Shown: piece by piece, positions 1-10,023 of the stretch
How positions within the stretch are numbered: position 1 is the stretch's first letter
How the letters are laid out: each line of letters starts with the position of its first letter
From: Lentimicrobiaceae bacterium
GTDB taxonomy: Bacteria; Bacteroidota; Bacteroidia; Bacteroidales; JAAYJT01
Length of the DNA stretch: 64,000 nucleotides
Assembly (NCBI GenBank): GCA_037445555.1
Contig: JBBIKG010000007.1
Span: forward strand, 3,597-67,596
Reading direction: 5' to 3'
Notes under the pieces: model-generated
The model's database searches: none
What the model was told of the DNA's origin: nothing
Seen by the model: only the letters and a program-made list of their open reading frames with translations
Program-made: the position numbers and the translations under genes

Positions 1-723
1 GTTTCAATGTCAGCCACCTCAAAGCGGGCGCCTATACATAAGTTCAAAAAGCTGCGGGCTTCGTCAATAGAATCGAGTTTGCCCGGCAGTTCAGCATTCA
101 GGGTGGCATTATCCTTTTCGGGTCTAACCCTGAATGCGGCGCTGATTTTGTAATATCCGGTGCTTTCAAAATTCCTGATTTCGTCTTCCCGCTCGGCAAG
201 TAGCCTCACGGCCACCGATTGCACCCTTCCTGCCGAGAGCGCCGGCTTAACTTTTTTCCACAGAACCGGCGAAAGCTCATAACCCACCAGCCTGTCGAGC
301 ACCCGGCGCGCTTGTTGGGCATCTACCAGGTTTTGATCTATGCTGCGGGGTTTCTCAATGGCCTGCAAAATGGCAGTTTTTGTAATCTCGTGAAATGCAA
401 TTCGTTTGGTTTTCTTTTTATCGAGCGTCAATACCTCCGCCAGGTGCCACGAAATGGCTTCTCCTTCTCTGTCCTCGTCGGTGGCAAGCCATACCATTTC
501 GGCCTTATCGGAAAGTTTTCTTAACTCTGCAATTAGTTTCTTCTTGTCGGGCGCAATTTCATAGGCCGGCAAAAAGCCCTTCTGAATATCAATGCCTATC
601 TGGGTCTTACTGAGGTCACGAACGTGGCCATAGCATGACTCTACACGATATTCGCTGCCAAGAAATTTTTCAATGGTTTTAGCTTTGGCAGGCGATTCAA
701 CAATTACCAGGTTTTTGGACATA
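1..723 (-). CDS. topA: DNA topoisomerase I, N-terminal part; the gene continues past the left edge of the window
   Basis: My reverse-strand translation from the ATG at 723-721 reads MSKNLVIVESPAKAKTIEKFLGSEYRVESCYGHVRDLSKTQIGIDIQKGFLPAYEIAPDKKKLIAELRKLSDKAEMVWLATDEDREGEAISWHLAEVL, the TOPRIM N-terminus of type IA topoisomerases. I translated positions 723 to about 420 and saw no stop. It is absent from the ORF track because it has no in-window stop. Confidence 0.9.
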
Positions 724-845
724 TGGGTGAAGTTCGAAAAAGGTCACAGGTTTAGGGGCCGCAAAAGTAACGTATTTCCGCGTTCTAAATCAACATAGTA
801 TCTGTCAACCTAAAACATTCAACAACCCATAATGTTGCTTTGTCT

Positions 846-853
846 TACTTTTG
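846..853 (+). promoter_or_regulatory. Bacteroidota -7 promoter box TAnnTTTG (TACTTTTG) upstream of miaB
   Basis: Exact match to the TAnnTTTG consensus, 63 nt upstream of the miaB ATG at 916. Confidence 0.45.
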
Positions 854-915
854 CAGCCTGAAATAGTTTGAAAATTACAAATGCGCCCAATGAAATTTTG
901 TCATTTCACCAATTA

Positions 916-2259
916 ATGAAACCCCCTCAGAAAAAGTTTTATATCGAGACGTATGGCTGCCAGATGAATTTTTCGGACAGCGAGATTGTGAGTTCGGTTC
1001 TGGCAGATCAAGGTTTCGCCCTCTCTCCCAATTATCAGGAAGCCGATATCATTTTTGTCAACACCTGTTCAATACGTGAAAATGCTGAGCAGCGCATCCG
1101 GAATCGTCTGCAGCAGTTCAGGCCACTCAAAAAGAAAAAACCTGGCTTGATTCTCGGGGTACTTGGTTGTATGGCCGAACGGCTGAAGGATAAGCTGTTT
1201 GAGGAAGATAGTTATGTTGACTTGATCGTAGGCCCCGATGCGTATCGCGATCTTCCGCGCTTACTGGAAGAGGCCGGCTCCGGTCAAAAAGCCATAAATG
1301 TGATTCTGTCGGCTGATGAAACCTATGCCGACATCAACCCTGTGCGGGCCGGGGATAACCAGGTAACGGCATTCATCTCTATCATGCGGGGCTGCGAAAA
1401 TCATTGTGCCTATTGCGTGGTGCCTGCAACACGGGGACACGAGAGAAGCCGTGACCCCAGAACCATCTTGGCCGAAGTAGGGAAGCTGTTTGATGAAGGT
1501 TATCGTGATATTACCCTGCTGGGTCAGAATGTGAACTCTTACAGGTGGGTGGAAAACGAAACCATCACGAAATTTCCGGAGCTGCTCGAAATGGTTGCCG
1601 GATTGAGCTCCGATCTGCGCATACGTTTTGCTACTTCACATCCAAAAGATCTTTCGGATGAATTGCTGCATATCATCGCAGGGTATGAAAATATTTGCAA
1701 ATCCATTCACCTGCCGATTCAATCGGGCAGTTCAAGGATGCTGAAGCTGATGAACCGCCGTTACGACCGGGAGGGATACATGAGCCGGATTGACGCCATC
1801 AGGCGGATTTTACCCGGATGCACCGTCACTACAGATATTATTTCCGGGTTCTGTTCCGAAAAAGAGGAAGATCACCTTGAGACTATCTCATTGATGAAGT
1901 GGGCAAAATTTGATTACGCCTTTATGTTTAAATATTCGGAGCGCCCAGGCACTCCGGCTGCCAAACGCCTGGCCGACGATGTGCCCGAAGAGATAAAAAG
2001 TCGTAGGCTGGATGAAATCATACGGCTGCAGCAAAAATTGTCACTTAAAAGCAACCTGGCGGATGTTGGAAAAATATTCAGTGTGTTAGTTGAGGGTAAA
2101 TCTAAACGATCAGCCTCTGAATGGATGGGGCGCACCAGCCAAAACAAGGTGGTGGTTTTTCAATCGGAAAGTCTAAGGCCGGGAGTTTATACAGATGTTC
2201 GCATAATTTCTTGTACTGCCGCTACACTTAGAGGGGAAGAGGTAAGTTCCCGGCCTTGA
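916..2259 (+). CDS. miaB: tRNA (N6-isopentenyl adenosine(37)-C2)-methylthiotransferase MiaB
   Basis: The track ORF is 868..2259 with a TTG start. The first in-frame ATG at 916 gives MKPPQKKFYIETYGCQMNFSDSE, the canonical MiaB N-terminus. It also has the radical-SAM motif CENHCAYC and a C-terminal TRAM-like segment (VLVEGKSKRS...GRTSQNKVVVF). Confidence 0.93.
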   Translation: MKPPQKKFYIETYGCQMNFSDSEIVSSVLADQGFALSPNYQEADIIFVNTCSIRENAEQRIRNRLQQFRPLKKKKPGLILGVLGCMAERLKDKLFEEDSYVDLIVGPDAYRDLPRLLEEAGSGQKAINVILSADETYADINPVRAGDNQVTAFISIMRGCENHCAYCVVPATRGHERSRDPRTILAEVGKLFDEGYRDITLLGQNVNSYRWVENETITKFPELLEMVAGLSSDLRIRFATSHPKDLSDELLHIIAGYENICKSIHLPIQSGSSRMLKLMNRRYDREGYMSRIDAIRRILPGCTVTTDIISGFCSEKEEDHLETISLMKWAKFDYAFMFKYSERPGTPAAKRLADDVPEEIKSRRLDEIIRLQQKLSLKSNLADVGKIFSVLVEGKSKRSASEWMGRTSQNKVVVFQSESLRPGVYTDVRIISCTAATLRGEEVSSRP

Positions 2260-2449
2260 AATTGCCCAAGCAATAGCTTAACAATGAAGGGTATAGCCGT
2301 AAGGGCAGGAATGTTTCAACAACAAACAGTTACCCCGAATTTATTAGATAAAGAAATGAGCCAATTGAAACATGGCAGGGATTTCTGCCGGAGATGTTTC
2401 ATAAGATTTTGATTTTTAACGGCTCCATGTGTATTCCGACAATAAATTC

Positions 2450-2457
2450 TATATTTG
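2450..2457 (+). promoter_or_regulatory. -7 promoter box TAnnTTTG (TATATTTG) upstream of the C69 peptidase gene
   Basis: Exact consensus match, 40 nt upstream of the ATG at 2497. Confidence 0.4.
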
Positions 2458-2496
2458 TCAACTTAAATTATTTACCGGATACCAACTTATTCCATT

Positions 2497-4173
2497 ATGA
2501 AAAGACTTATTCTTGCTTCTGCTATCCTAATGCTGATTGCCATATCCCCCCTGGCAGCATTTGCTTGCACGAACATCCTTGTTACAAAAACGGCATCGGC
2601 CGACGGATCGACCATGATCAGCTATTCGGCTGATTCGCACGTTCTTTATGGCGAGCTATACCACTGGGCCGCGGGCACCTGGCCCGAATCCGCCATGATA
2701 GACATTTACGAGTGGGACACCGGAAAGTACCTTGGCAAAATCAAGCAAGTTCCCAAAACCTATAATGTAGTTGGCAACATGAATGAACATCAGCTTGCCA
2801 TTGCCGAAACCACCTTTGGTGGCCTGAAGGGGCTTGAACATGCCGAGGGAGCCATTATGGATTATGGTAGCCTAATTTACATCACCCTGCAACGAGCCAA
2901 AAATGCCCGCGAGGCCATAAAGATCATGTCCGACCTGGTGACAGAATATGGGTACTATAGTTCTGGCGAATCATTTTCCATTTCCGATCCCAATGAAGTA
3001 TGGATTCTGGAAATGATCGGCAAGGGCAATAAAGAAAAGGGCGCCGTATGGGTCGCTCTTCGTGTTCCTGAAGGATATATCTGTGGCCATGCCAACCAGG
3101 CCCGCATACAGACTTTTACCCTGGCCAACGGAAAAAATTCCATCACTTCGAAGCAAATGGACAAAATTTTCAGCCCGGCTATAGAAGTGGTATACGCCCA
3201 TGATGCCATCACGTTTGCACGCAACAATGGCTATTTTGAAGGAAAAGATTCAGACTTTAGTTTTTCGGATGTGTATGATCCTGTTGACTTTGGTGGCGCC
3301 CGTGCCTGCGATGCACGCGTTTGGTCGGTTTTTCTTAAGCTTGACCCTTCAATGAAGCAATATCTTGATTATGCAATGGGGCATAATCTTAAAAACCGCA
3401 TGCCTTTATGGATAAAACCAAACAGGAAGGTATCGCTGGCAGATGTAATGGAATTTATGCGCGACACATACCAGGGAACCCCGCTGGACATGACGAAAGA
3501 TCCGGGCGCGGGACCTTATGCGGTTCCTTATCGCTGGCGTCCCCTCACGTACAAAGTTGATGATGTACAGTACACCAATGAGCGGGCAATTGCAACGCAA
3601 CAAACCGGGTTTGTCTTTGTCAGCCAGTCGCGTTCCTGGCTGCCGGATCCGATAGGTGGTATATTGTGGTTCGGTGTCGATGATGCCGGAACCACCGTGT
3701 TCGTTCCTATGTACTGCTCCATTACCAGTGTTCCTGAGCCTTTTGCAAAAGGCAACGGAGCCATGATGGAGTGGAGCGATAATTCCGCCTTTTGGATTTT
3801 TAACCTGGTGGCCAATTATTGTTACACCCGTTATAACTACATGATTGAAGATATACGCCTTGTTCAGCGCGAGCTTGAGGGCAGGTTTATCGCTTTTGCG
3901 CCTGCAATTGATAAAGCCGCACAGGAACTTTACAGCGCGAATAAGGCACTGGCCATTGAATTTTTAACTGAATATTCGGTGAAACAGGGCAACTATACAT
4001 TCGAAAGATGGAAGAAATTATTCCAGGATCTGTTTATGAAATACATGGACGGCAACCTCAAAACACCCGATCCGGGTCAACAGAATCCAAAGGTTCGCTT
4101 TCCGGGATATTCTGATGAGTATTATCGCCGTATTGCAACCGAAGCAGGAGATCGTCTGAAGGTGGTAAGATAA
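2497..4173 (+). CDS. C69-family dipeptidase, secreted
   Basis: 558 aa. The signal peptide ends ...PLAAFA followed by C-TNILVTK, the N-terminal Cys nucleophile arrangement typical of peptidase family C69. Size and downstream content fit that family. Confidence 0.8.
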   Translation: MKRLILASAILMLIAISPLAAFACTNILVTKTASADGSTMISYSADSHVLYGELYHWAAGTWPESAMIDIYEWDTGKYLGKIKQVPKTYNVVGNMNEHQLAIAETTFGGLKGLEHAEGAIMDYGSLIYITLQRAKNAREAIKIMSDLVTEYGYYSSGESFSISDPNEVWILEMIGKGNKEKGAVWVALRVPEGYICGHANQARIQTFTLANGKNSITSKQMDKIFSPAIEVVYAHDAITFARNNGYFEGKDSDFSFSDVYDPVDFGGARACDARVWSVFLKLDPSMKQYLDYAMGHNLKNRMPLWIKPNRKVSLADVMEFMRDTYQGTPLDMTKDPGAGPYAVPYRWRPLTYKVDDVQYTNERAIATQQTGFVFVSQSRSWLPDPIGGILWFGVDDAGTTVFVPMYCSITSVPEPFAKGNGAMMEWSDNSAFWIFNLVANYCYTRYNYMIEDIRLVQRELEGRFIAFAPAIDKAAQELYSANKALAIEFLTEYSVKQGNYTFERWKKLFQDLFMKYMDGNLKTPDPGQQNPKVRFPGYSDEYYRRIATEAGDRLKVVR

Positions 4174-4216
4174 AAACAAAACGGCCTTTTCATATTATAG
4201 TTGGCCTCATGTTCGT

Positions 4217-4224
4217 TATCTTTG
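4217..4224 (+). promoter_or_regulatory. -7 promoter box TAnnTTTG (TATCTTTG)
   Basis: Exact consensus match, 47 nt upstream of the ATG at 4271. Confidence 0.4.
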
Positions 4225-4270
4225 CATAGTTAAATTAATCCTCCAGGAACTAACCTGCCAAAGTATTATA

Positions 4271-5182
4271 ATGAATACATTTTCGGACAACAAGGTTTTT
4301 AACCCCAAAAATATAATAATCCTTATCCTGCTCATTTTGAGTGTGATACTTGGGATTTTATATATGTCTAAGAATTCCCGTATCAATCAGCTCATTGGGG
4401 AAAAAGAGAAGCAGCGCCAGGCATTTCGGTCTGAGCTTGACTCACTGCTAACCGAACATCATAAGGTTAAAGAAGAATATGGCTCATTAACGCTTCAATT
4501 GGCTGCAAAGGACAGTATTATTCAGGCCAATGCCACTGAAATCAAGAAACTACTCGATACGGAGTGGGAATATTATCGTGTTCAGAAAAAGCTGACCCAG
4601 CTACGCAATATTTCACAAGGCTATCTCAAACAGATCGATTCGCTCTACACCGTAAACAAAGAGCTCAAGGAAGAAAACGTACAGATCCGCGCCAGTTATG
4701 AACGTGAGAAAATGGTGGTGCGCGATTTGCAAAAAGATAAGGAAGCACTTACCGAAAAGGTTGAATCGGCAGCCATGCTCAGGGCTTACGGAATAGAGGC
4801 TACAGGCATTTCGGCTAGCGGAGGCCGCGGACGTGAGTTAGCTACCGATCGTGCCCGGCGCACCGACAAAATAAAGGTGTGTTTTACCTTAGCTGAGAAC
4901 CCCGTGTTACAACCCGGAACGAAGGAAATTTTTCTACGGATCGCACGGCCCGACAACCGCATCCTGACCAAAGGTCTTGGTGATGAGTATTCATTCATGT
5001 ATAAAGGCGAGGTGCTGCAGTATACTTCAAAAATATCAGCCAACTATCAGAATGCAAGCATAAACCTATGTACCGAATGGATCCACCGTAACGATAAAGA
5101 CCCCGTTCAGGCGGGATTGTATGTGGTAACGATATTCGCAGAAGACCAGGAAATCGGGCAAACCTATTTTGAACTTAAATAA
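4271..5182 (+). CDS. Hypothetical membrane-anchored coiled-coil protein
   Basis: 303 aa. It has a single N-terminal TM helix (IIILILLILSVILGILY), about 150 aa of heptad-like E/K/L/Q-rich sequence, and a C-terminal beta-rich region. I recognise no catalytic motif. Confidence 0.7.
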   Translation: MNTFSDNKVFNPKNIIILILLILSVILGILYMSKNSRINQLIGEKEKQRQAFRSELDSLLTEHHKVKEEYGSLTLQLAAKDSIIQANATEIKKLLDTEWEYYRVQKKLTQLRNISQGYLKQIDSLYTVNKELKEENVQIRASYEREKMVVRDLQKDKEALTEKVESAAMLRAYGIEATGISASGGRGRELATDRARRTDKIKVCFTLAENPVLQPGTKEIFLRIARPDNRILTKGLGDEYSFMYKGEVLQYTSKISANYQNASINLCTEWIHRNDKDPVQAGLYVVTIFAEDQEIGQTYFELK

Positions 5183-5426
5183 CGATTGCGCACACATCTT
5201 CTGTTGCTGCAACTAAATTGAAAAAAAAGATTTTATCTTACCAGGGCTTGCAGAAAGGTCTGCACTAATAGTAGCTTTCTGTTTGAACCTCATTCAGCAT
5301 TTCTTTTACCCATACTACTTTGCTTTTACTCCGGGGCGGGACTTCTCTCGGGCCGGAGTAAACTATGCTTTTTGGCCGTATGGGTTTAAAAACTACCTTA
5401 GCCAAAAAGAAGACTGCCTTTCGCAG

Positions 5427-7148
5427 ATGACTGACGAACTACTTCTTGAAATAAAAGACCTCACCATTGACTTTCATACTCCTGGTGGGCTTTTTCGTGT
5501 CGTTGAAAACCTGAACCTGAGTCTGCTGCGGGGCGAAACCCATGGAATCGTAGGTGAGAGCGGGTCGGGAAAATCGGTTACCGCCCATTCGGTTCTTCGT
5601 TTGTTGAACACTGCCGCACGCAGTGTTTCGGGCGAGATTTTGTTTCGCCTGCGCGACGGATGCCAGATTGATGTGTTGCAGAGTAACGCTGAAGAGATTG
5701 TTCGGGTTAGAGGAAAGGAAGTGGGAATCATTTTTCAGGAACCCTCCCTTAATCCCGTAGTCAGGTGCGGCCCCCAGGTATGTGAATCCCTGATGGTGCA
5801 CGGCAGGATGAATTTAAGGGAGGCGGCGCAACAAACCCTGGCCTATTTTGAGGAGGTGATGCTTCAAAATCCGAAAAGAATCTATGACAGCTATCCTCAC
5901 GAGATTTCGGGCGGACAAAAACAACGGGTTATGATAGCCATGGCCATTGCCGGGAAACCGTCGCTGCTGATTGCGGATGAGCCAACCACAGCACTTGACG
6001 TCACCGTGCAGAAAAGTATAATCGGACTGATGAAAACCCTTCAGAAGAAATACCAGATGGCAATGTTATTCATCAGTCATGATCTTGCCCTGGTATCGCA
6101 GGTTGCCGACAGGGTATCAGTAATCCTTGACGGGCGTATTGTTGAAACCGGTCCTGCCTTTCAGCTGTTCACAAATCCCCGGCACCCATATACCAGGGGG
6201 TTGATAGGCTGCCGGCCTTCGCTGGGTAAAAGGCCTGATAAATTGCCCCAGATAGCTGATTTTATGTTTGATCCAATGCGGGAAAAGACTCTGGTTGAAA
6301 TAAAAACCAGAGAATCCGACCGAAAATTGTCGCAGGCCATAATGTATGCCAATTCCCCCTTGGTTTCGGTTAGGAACCTGAAGGTGTTTTTTGAGAAAAA
6401 GGATATGTTTTCAGGGAAATTGCCTCAAACTGTCAAAGCCGTAGATGATGTGACGTTCGATATTTATAATGGCGAGACCCTTGGTCTTGTGGGTGAATCG
6501 GGGTCAGGTAAGACCACTTTAGGAAGGGCCTTGCTAAGGCTTGTTGCCTCAAAGCAAGGACAGATTTACTGGAAGGGAACCGATCTTGCCTCGATGAGCA
6601 GGGAACAACTGCAGCTCTTGCGAAGCAAGATGCAGATCGTATTTCAGGATCCGAATTCGTCACTAAACCCACGCCTCACCATCGGGCAGGCAATTGCCGA
6701 ACCAATGATTGTTCACCGGCTATATGCTTCTGATGCTGCCACAAAGCAGAAAGCAATGGAATTGCTGAAATGCGTGGGTCTAAACCCCGATCATTACCAG
6801 CGTTATCCCCATGAATTTTCAGGGGGGCAGCGTCAGCGAATCGTAATTGCCCGCGCACTAGCCCTTAACCCTGAATTTATCGTATGCGATGAATCGGTTT
6901 CATCGCTTGATGTGTCGGTGCAGGCACAAATTCTTAATCTTTTAAACGATCTTAAGAAACAATTTCATATCACTTATTTGTTTATATCACACGATCTTTC
7001 GGTAGTTCATTATATGTCGGACCGAATAATGATTATGCAACATGGCAGGATCGTAGAGAGCGGTGACGCGGATGCCCTGATGAGGGCTCCAACAACTGAT
7101 TATGCGCGCCGCCTTATCGAATCTATTCCCGCATTTATTTATAAATAA
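5427..7148 (+). CDS. ABC transporter ATP-binding protein with duplicated ATPase cassettes, oligopeptide/dipeptide (DppD/F-like) type
   Basis: Two Walker A motifs ([16 protein letters not shown]), ABC signatures ISGGQKQR and FSGGQRQR, and Walker B motifs LLIADEPT and FIVCDES. An HPYTRGL element follows cassette 1. I chose the ATG at 5427 ([16 protein letters not shown]); the 48-codon TTG extension in the track looks non-coding. Confidence 0.88.
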   Translation: MTDELLLEIKDLTIDFHTPGGLFRVVENLNLSLLRGETHGIVGESGSGKSVTAHSVLRLLNTAARSVSGEILFRLRDGCQIDVLQSNAEEIVRVRGKEVGIIFQEPSLNPVVRCGPQVCESLMVHGRMNLREAAQQTLAYFEEVMLQNPKRIYDSYPHEISGGQKQRVMIAMAIAGKPSLLIADEPTTALDVTVQKSIIGLMKTLQKKYQMAMLFISHDLALVSQVADRVSVILDGRIVETGPAFQLFTNPRHPYTRGLIGCRPSLGKRPDKLPQIADFMFDPMREKTLVEIKTRESDRKLSQAIMYANSPLVSVRNLKVFFEKKDMFSGKLPQTVKAVDDVTFDIYNGETLGLVGESGSGKTTLGRALLRLVASKQGQIYWKGTDLASMSREQLQLLRSKMQIVFQDPNSSLNPRLTIGQAIAEPMIVHRLYASDAATKQKAMELLKCVGLNPDHYQRYPHEFSGGQRQRIVIARALALNPEFIVCDESVSSLDVSVQAQILNLLNDLKKQFHITYLFISHDLSVVHYMSDRIMIMQHGRIVESGDADALMRAPTTDYARRLIESIPAFIYK

Positions 7149-7165
7149 TTTATTTACAGGTCAAG

Positions 7166-9358
7166 ATGGCAAAAAAACAAAAATCGAAAACCTCCAAACC
7201 ACTATTTGCAAAAAACAGTTTTGTCACTGCTGTTTTGTCTGTTTTCATTGATAATCCTACACGTGCATTCAATTTCAGGCAAGTCTCGGCCCACATGGGT
7301 GTCAGTGATAAAGCAAGCAAAGAGCTGGTGAAATCAATCCTTGAAACCCTCACGACCAAACGTGATGTGGTAGAATTGAACCGTGGCAAATATCAGCTCT
7401 CGCCCGACAAAATTCAAAAATATGTGCCTCAGACCATCGTCACCGGCACAGTCGACATGAAGCAGACTGGAAAAGCGTATATCATTACTCCCGAACTCGA
7501 TGAAGATGTCTTCATCGCCGCCAACAATACAGGCAGGGCTTTTCACGGCGATACTATAAGGGCACATTTGTTCCCTAAGCGCAAAGGGCGGAAAACAGAA
7601 GGACAGATCGTCGAAATCGTAAAGCGTGCCAGGACACGATTTGTGGGCACCTTGCAGCGAGGCTCCAAGTTCTCGTTTGTTGTATGTGATGATGTTTCTG
7701 TACCGGTTGATTTTATGGTACTCACCGAAAATACCAAGGGGGCGGCAAACGGGCAAAAAGTTGTGGTTAACCTAATGGACTGGCCTGAGCACGCAAATAA
7801 TCCGATTGGCGAGGTAGTAGAAGTTCTTGGTAAGCCTGGTGAAAACGAAGTGGAAATGAAATCGATTCTGGTAAATCACGATTTTCCTCTGGTGTTTCCG
7901 AAACAAGCCGAAACGGAAGCCTGGCGGATCCCCGAAGAAATACCGGAGCAAGACATCATGGCGCGCAGGGATTTTCGCAATATCCTTACGATCACCATAG
8001 ACCCCGAAGATGCCAAAGATTTTGACGATGCGTTATCGCTGAATATACTCGGCAATAACCTATACGAAGTGGGCGTACATATTGCGGATGTTTCGCATTA
8101 TGTAAAACCCGGAAGCGCTATTGATCACGAAGCGTATGAGCGAGGTACTTCAGTGTATTTGGTCGACCGTACCATACCCATGTTGCCCTCCAAGCTGTCT
8201 GAAAAAGTGTGTTCGCTCAGACCGAACGAAGATAAGCTCTGTTTTTCAGTGGTATTCACTATTGATGAACATGCCAGGGTAGTGGATCAATGGGTTGGCC
8301 GGACCATTATAAACAGCAATCGCAGGTTTAACTACGAAGAAGCACAGGCAATCATTGAGGGGGCTGAGGGAGATTACAAAACAGAGCTAATGGTGTTACA
8401 TGGGCTGGCACAAAAACTTCGGAACGAACGCTTTAAAGGTGGGTCGATCAATTTTTATTCGGTGGAAGTAAAATTTAAGCTGGATGAAAACGCTAAACCT
8501 ATAAGCACTTATATCAAGGAAAACAAGGAGGCAAACTGGCTGATAGAAGAGTTTATGCTTCTTGCCAATAAGCGGGTAGCTGAGCTTATTGGAATGAAAA
8601 AAGGAAATAGTACACCGAAAACATTTGTGTATCGCGTACACGATGTTCCGAACCCGGAAAAACTTTCCCAGTTCACTCAGTTCATTGGTAAACTGGGGTA
8701 TGGATTTAAAACATCAAACCGGAAGGGAATGGCGCAGTCTTTTAACCGGCTTTTTGAACTCATTGAGGGCAAAGGTGAACAAAATATGATCGAGACTATC
8801 GCCATTCGAACCATGGCAAAGGCAGAATACTCAACCAAAAACATTGGGCACTACGGACTCGATTTCAAATACTACACCCATTTTACCTCACCCATACGGC
8901 GGTATCCGGATTTAATGGTTCATCGTTTATTGGAGCGTTACCTGGCTGGTAAATCTTCTGTCAATGCCGAAGAATATGAACCCATATGTAGTCATTCATC
9001 TGAAATGGAGAAAAAAGCCGAACAGGCTGAACGCGACTCGGTGAAGTATAAACAAGCTGAATTCATGCTTGATAAAATAGGCCAGGAGTTTGATGGGTTG
9101 ATTTCAGGGGTGAGCAAATATGGAATTTACGTTGAAATTGAGGGAAACAAGTGCGAAGGCATGGTTTCGCTCAAATACATGAACGACGACTTTTACTATC
9201 TCGACGATGAAAACTACCGCGTAATTGGTCAACGTTACGGCCAGGAATACAAACTTGGTGACAGGGTGAAAATAAGGGTTCGTAAGGTCGATCTGCAGAA
9301 AAAACAGATGGATTTTGTGCTGGTGGAGCACGATAATCAGAAAAGCCGGAAAATATAG
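7166..9358 (+). CDS. rnr: Ribonuclease R (RNase II/VacB family 3'-5' exoribonuclease)
   Basis: 730 aa. RNB-domain motifs are present (ITIDPEDAKDFDDA, HFTSPIRRYPDLMVHR), with a C-terminal S1 domain (GLISGVSKYGIYVEIEGNKCEGMVS...GDRVKIRVRKVD). Confidence 0.93.
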   Translation: MAKKQKSKTSKPLFAKNSFVTAVLSVFIDNPTRAFNFRQVSAHMGVSDKASKELVKSILETLTTKRDVVELNRGKYQLSPDKIQKYVPQTIVTGTVDMKQTGKAYIITPELDEDVFIAANNTGRAFHGDTIRAHLFPKRKGRKTEGQIVEIVKRARTRFVGTLQRGSKFSFVVCDDVSVPVDFMVLTENTKGAANGQKVVVNLMDWPEHANNPIGEVVEVLGKPGENEVEMKSILVNHDFPLVFPKQAETEAWRIPEEIPEQDIMARRDFRNILTITIDPEDAKDFDDALSLNILGNNLYEVGVHIADVSHYVKPGSAIDHEAYERGTSVYLVDRTIPMLPSKLSEKVCSLRPNEDKLCFSVVFTIDEHARVVDQWVGRTIINSNRRFNYEEAQAIIEGAEGDYKTELMVLHGLAQKLRNERFKGGSINFYSVEVKFKLDENAKPISTYIKENKEANWLIEEFMLLANKRVAELIGMKKGNSTPKTFVYRVHDVPNPEKLSQFTQFIGKLGYGFKTSNRKGMAQSFNRLFELIEGKGEQNMIETIAIRTMAKAEYSTKNIGHYGLDFKYYTHFTSPIRRYPDLMVHRLLERYLAGKSSVNAEEYEPICSHSSEMEKKAEQAERDSVKYKQAEFMLDKIGQEFDGLISGVSKYGIYVEIEGNKCEGMVSLKYMNDDFYYLDDENYRVIGQRYGQEYKLGDRVKIRVRKVDLQKKQMDFVLVEHDNQKSRKI

Positions 9359-10023
9359 AAAAGTAAAATAACTGTTACAAGTGACGGAAGCAGGTTAACC
9401 ACGGCTATTCTTTTAATATCCAATATATTGAAGCCCATACCGATCAGCATTATTCCGCCGGCAGCAGTAATTTCATTAATCAAAGGCTCGGTGAGCAGGT
9501 GTTGGATATTGCCCGCAAACAACGTCAGCAAACTTTGATATATCAGCAGCGGAATGGATGAAAACATTACCCCGATACCCATGGCGGCAGAAAGTGCTAT
9601 GGATGAGAACCCATCCATAACCGACTTTGCCAGCAGAAGTTCAGAATTGTTTTTCATGCCTTCTTCAACTGCGCCAAGTATTGTCATACTACCCATGCAA
9701 AAAAGAAGAAATGAGGTGACAATGCCTTCGCTGAATTTTGAGCTGCTGATATTTAGTTTTTGCTTTATACGCTCACCAAGTCGGTTCATTCTGCTCTCCA
9801 GATTAATCATTTGCCCGATGATACCACCTGTGACCACGGAAAGAATTATTAATAGCCAGTTTTCGGATCTGAGGGACATGGAAATTCCAAAAAATACAGT
9901 TACCAGTCCGATCGCCTGAAACGTAATAGCGAGAAGTGAATCAGGCAGTTTTGATTTCAGCATCAGGCCGACGGCACTCCCGGCTAGCACTGTAGCCACG
10001 TTAACAAGAGTTCCTATAATCAT
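9337..10023 (-). CDS. DUF554-family integral membrane protein
   Basis: 228 aa with multiple TM segments. The N-terminus MIIGTLVNVATVLAGSAVGL matches my recollection of the DUF554 family pattern. Its 3' end overlaps the rnr 3' end by 22 bp. Confidence 0.75.
   Translation of the reverse strand: MIIGTLVNVATVLAGSAVGLMLKSKLPDSLLAITFQAIGLVTVFFGISMSLRSENWLLIILSVVTGGIIGQMINLESRMNRLGERIKQKLNISSSKFSEGIVTSFLLFCMGSMTILGAVEEGMKNNSELLLAKSVMDGFSSIALSAAMGIGVMFSSIPLLIYQSLLTLFAGNIQHLLTEPLINEITAAGGIMLIGMGFNILDIKRIAVVNLLPSLVTVILLFYIFRLF

Noticed and set aside
219-613. Plus-strand ORFs 219..524 and 395..613
   Set aside because: They lie antisense to a clearly recognisable topA reading frame (TOPRIM motifs read on the minus strand) and have no protein-like features.
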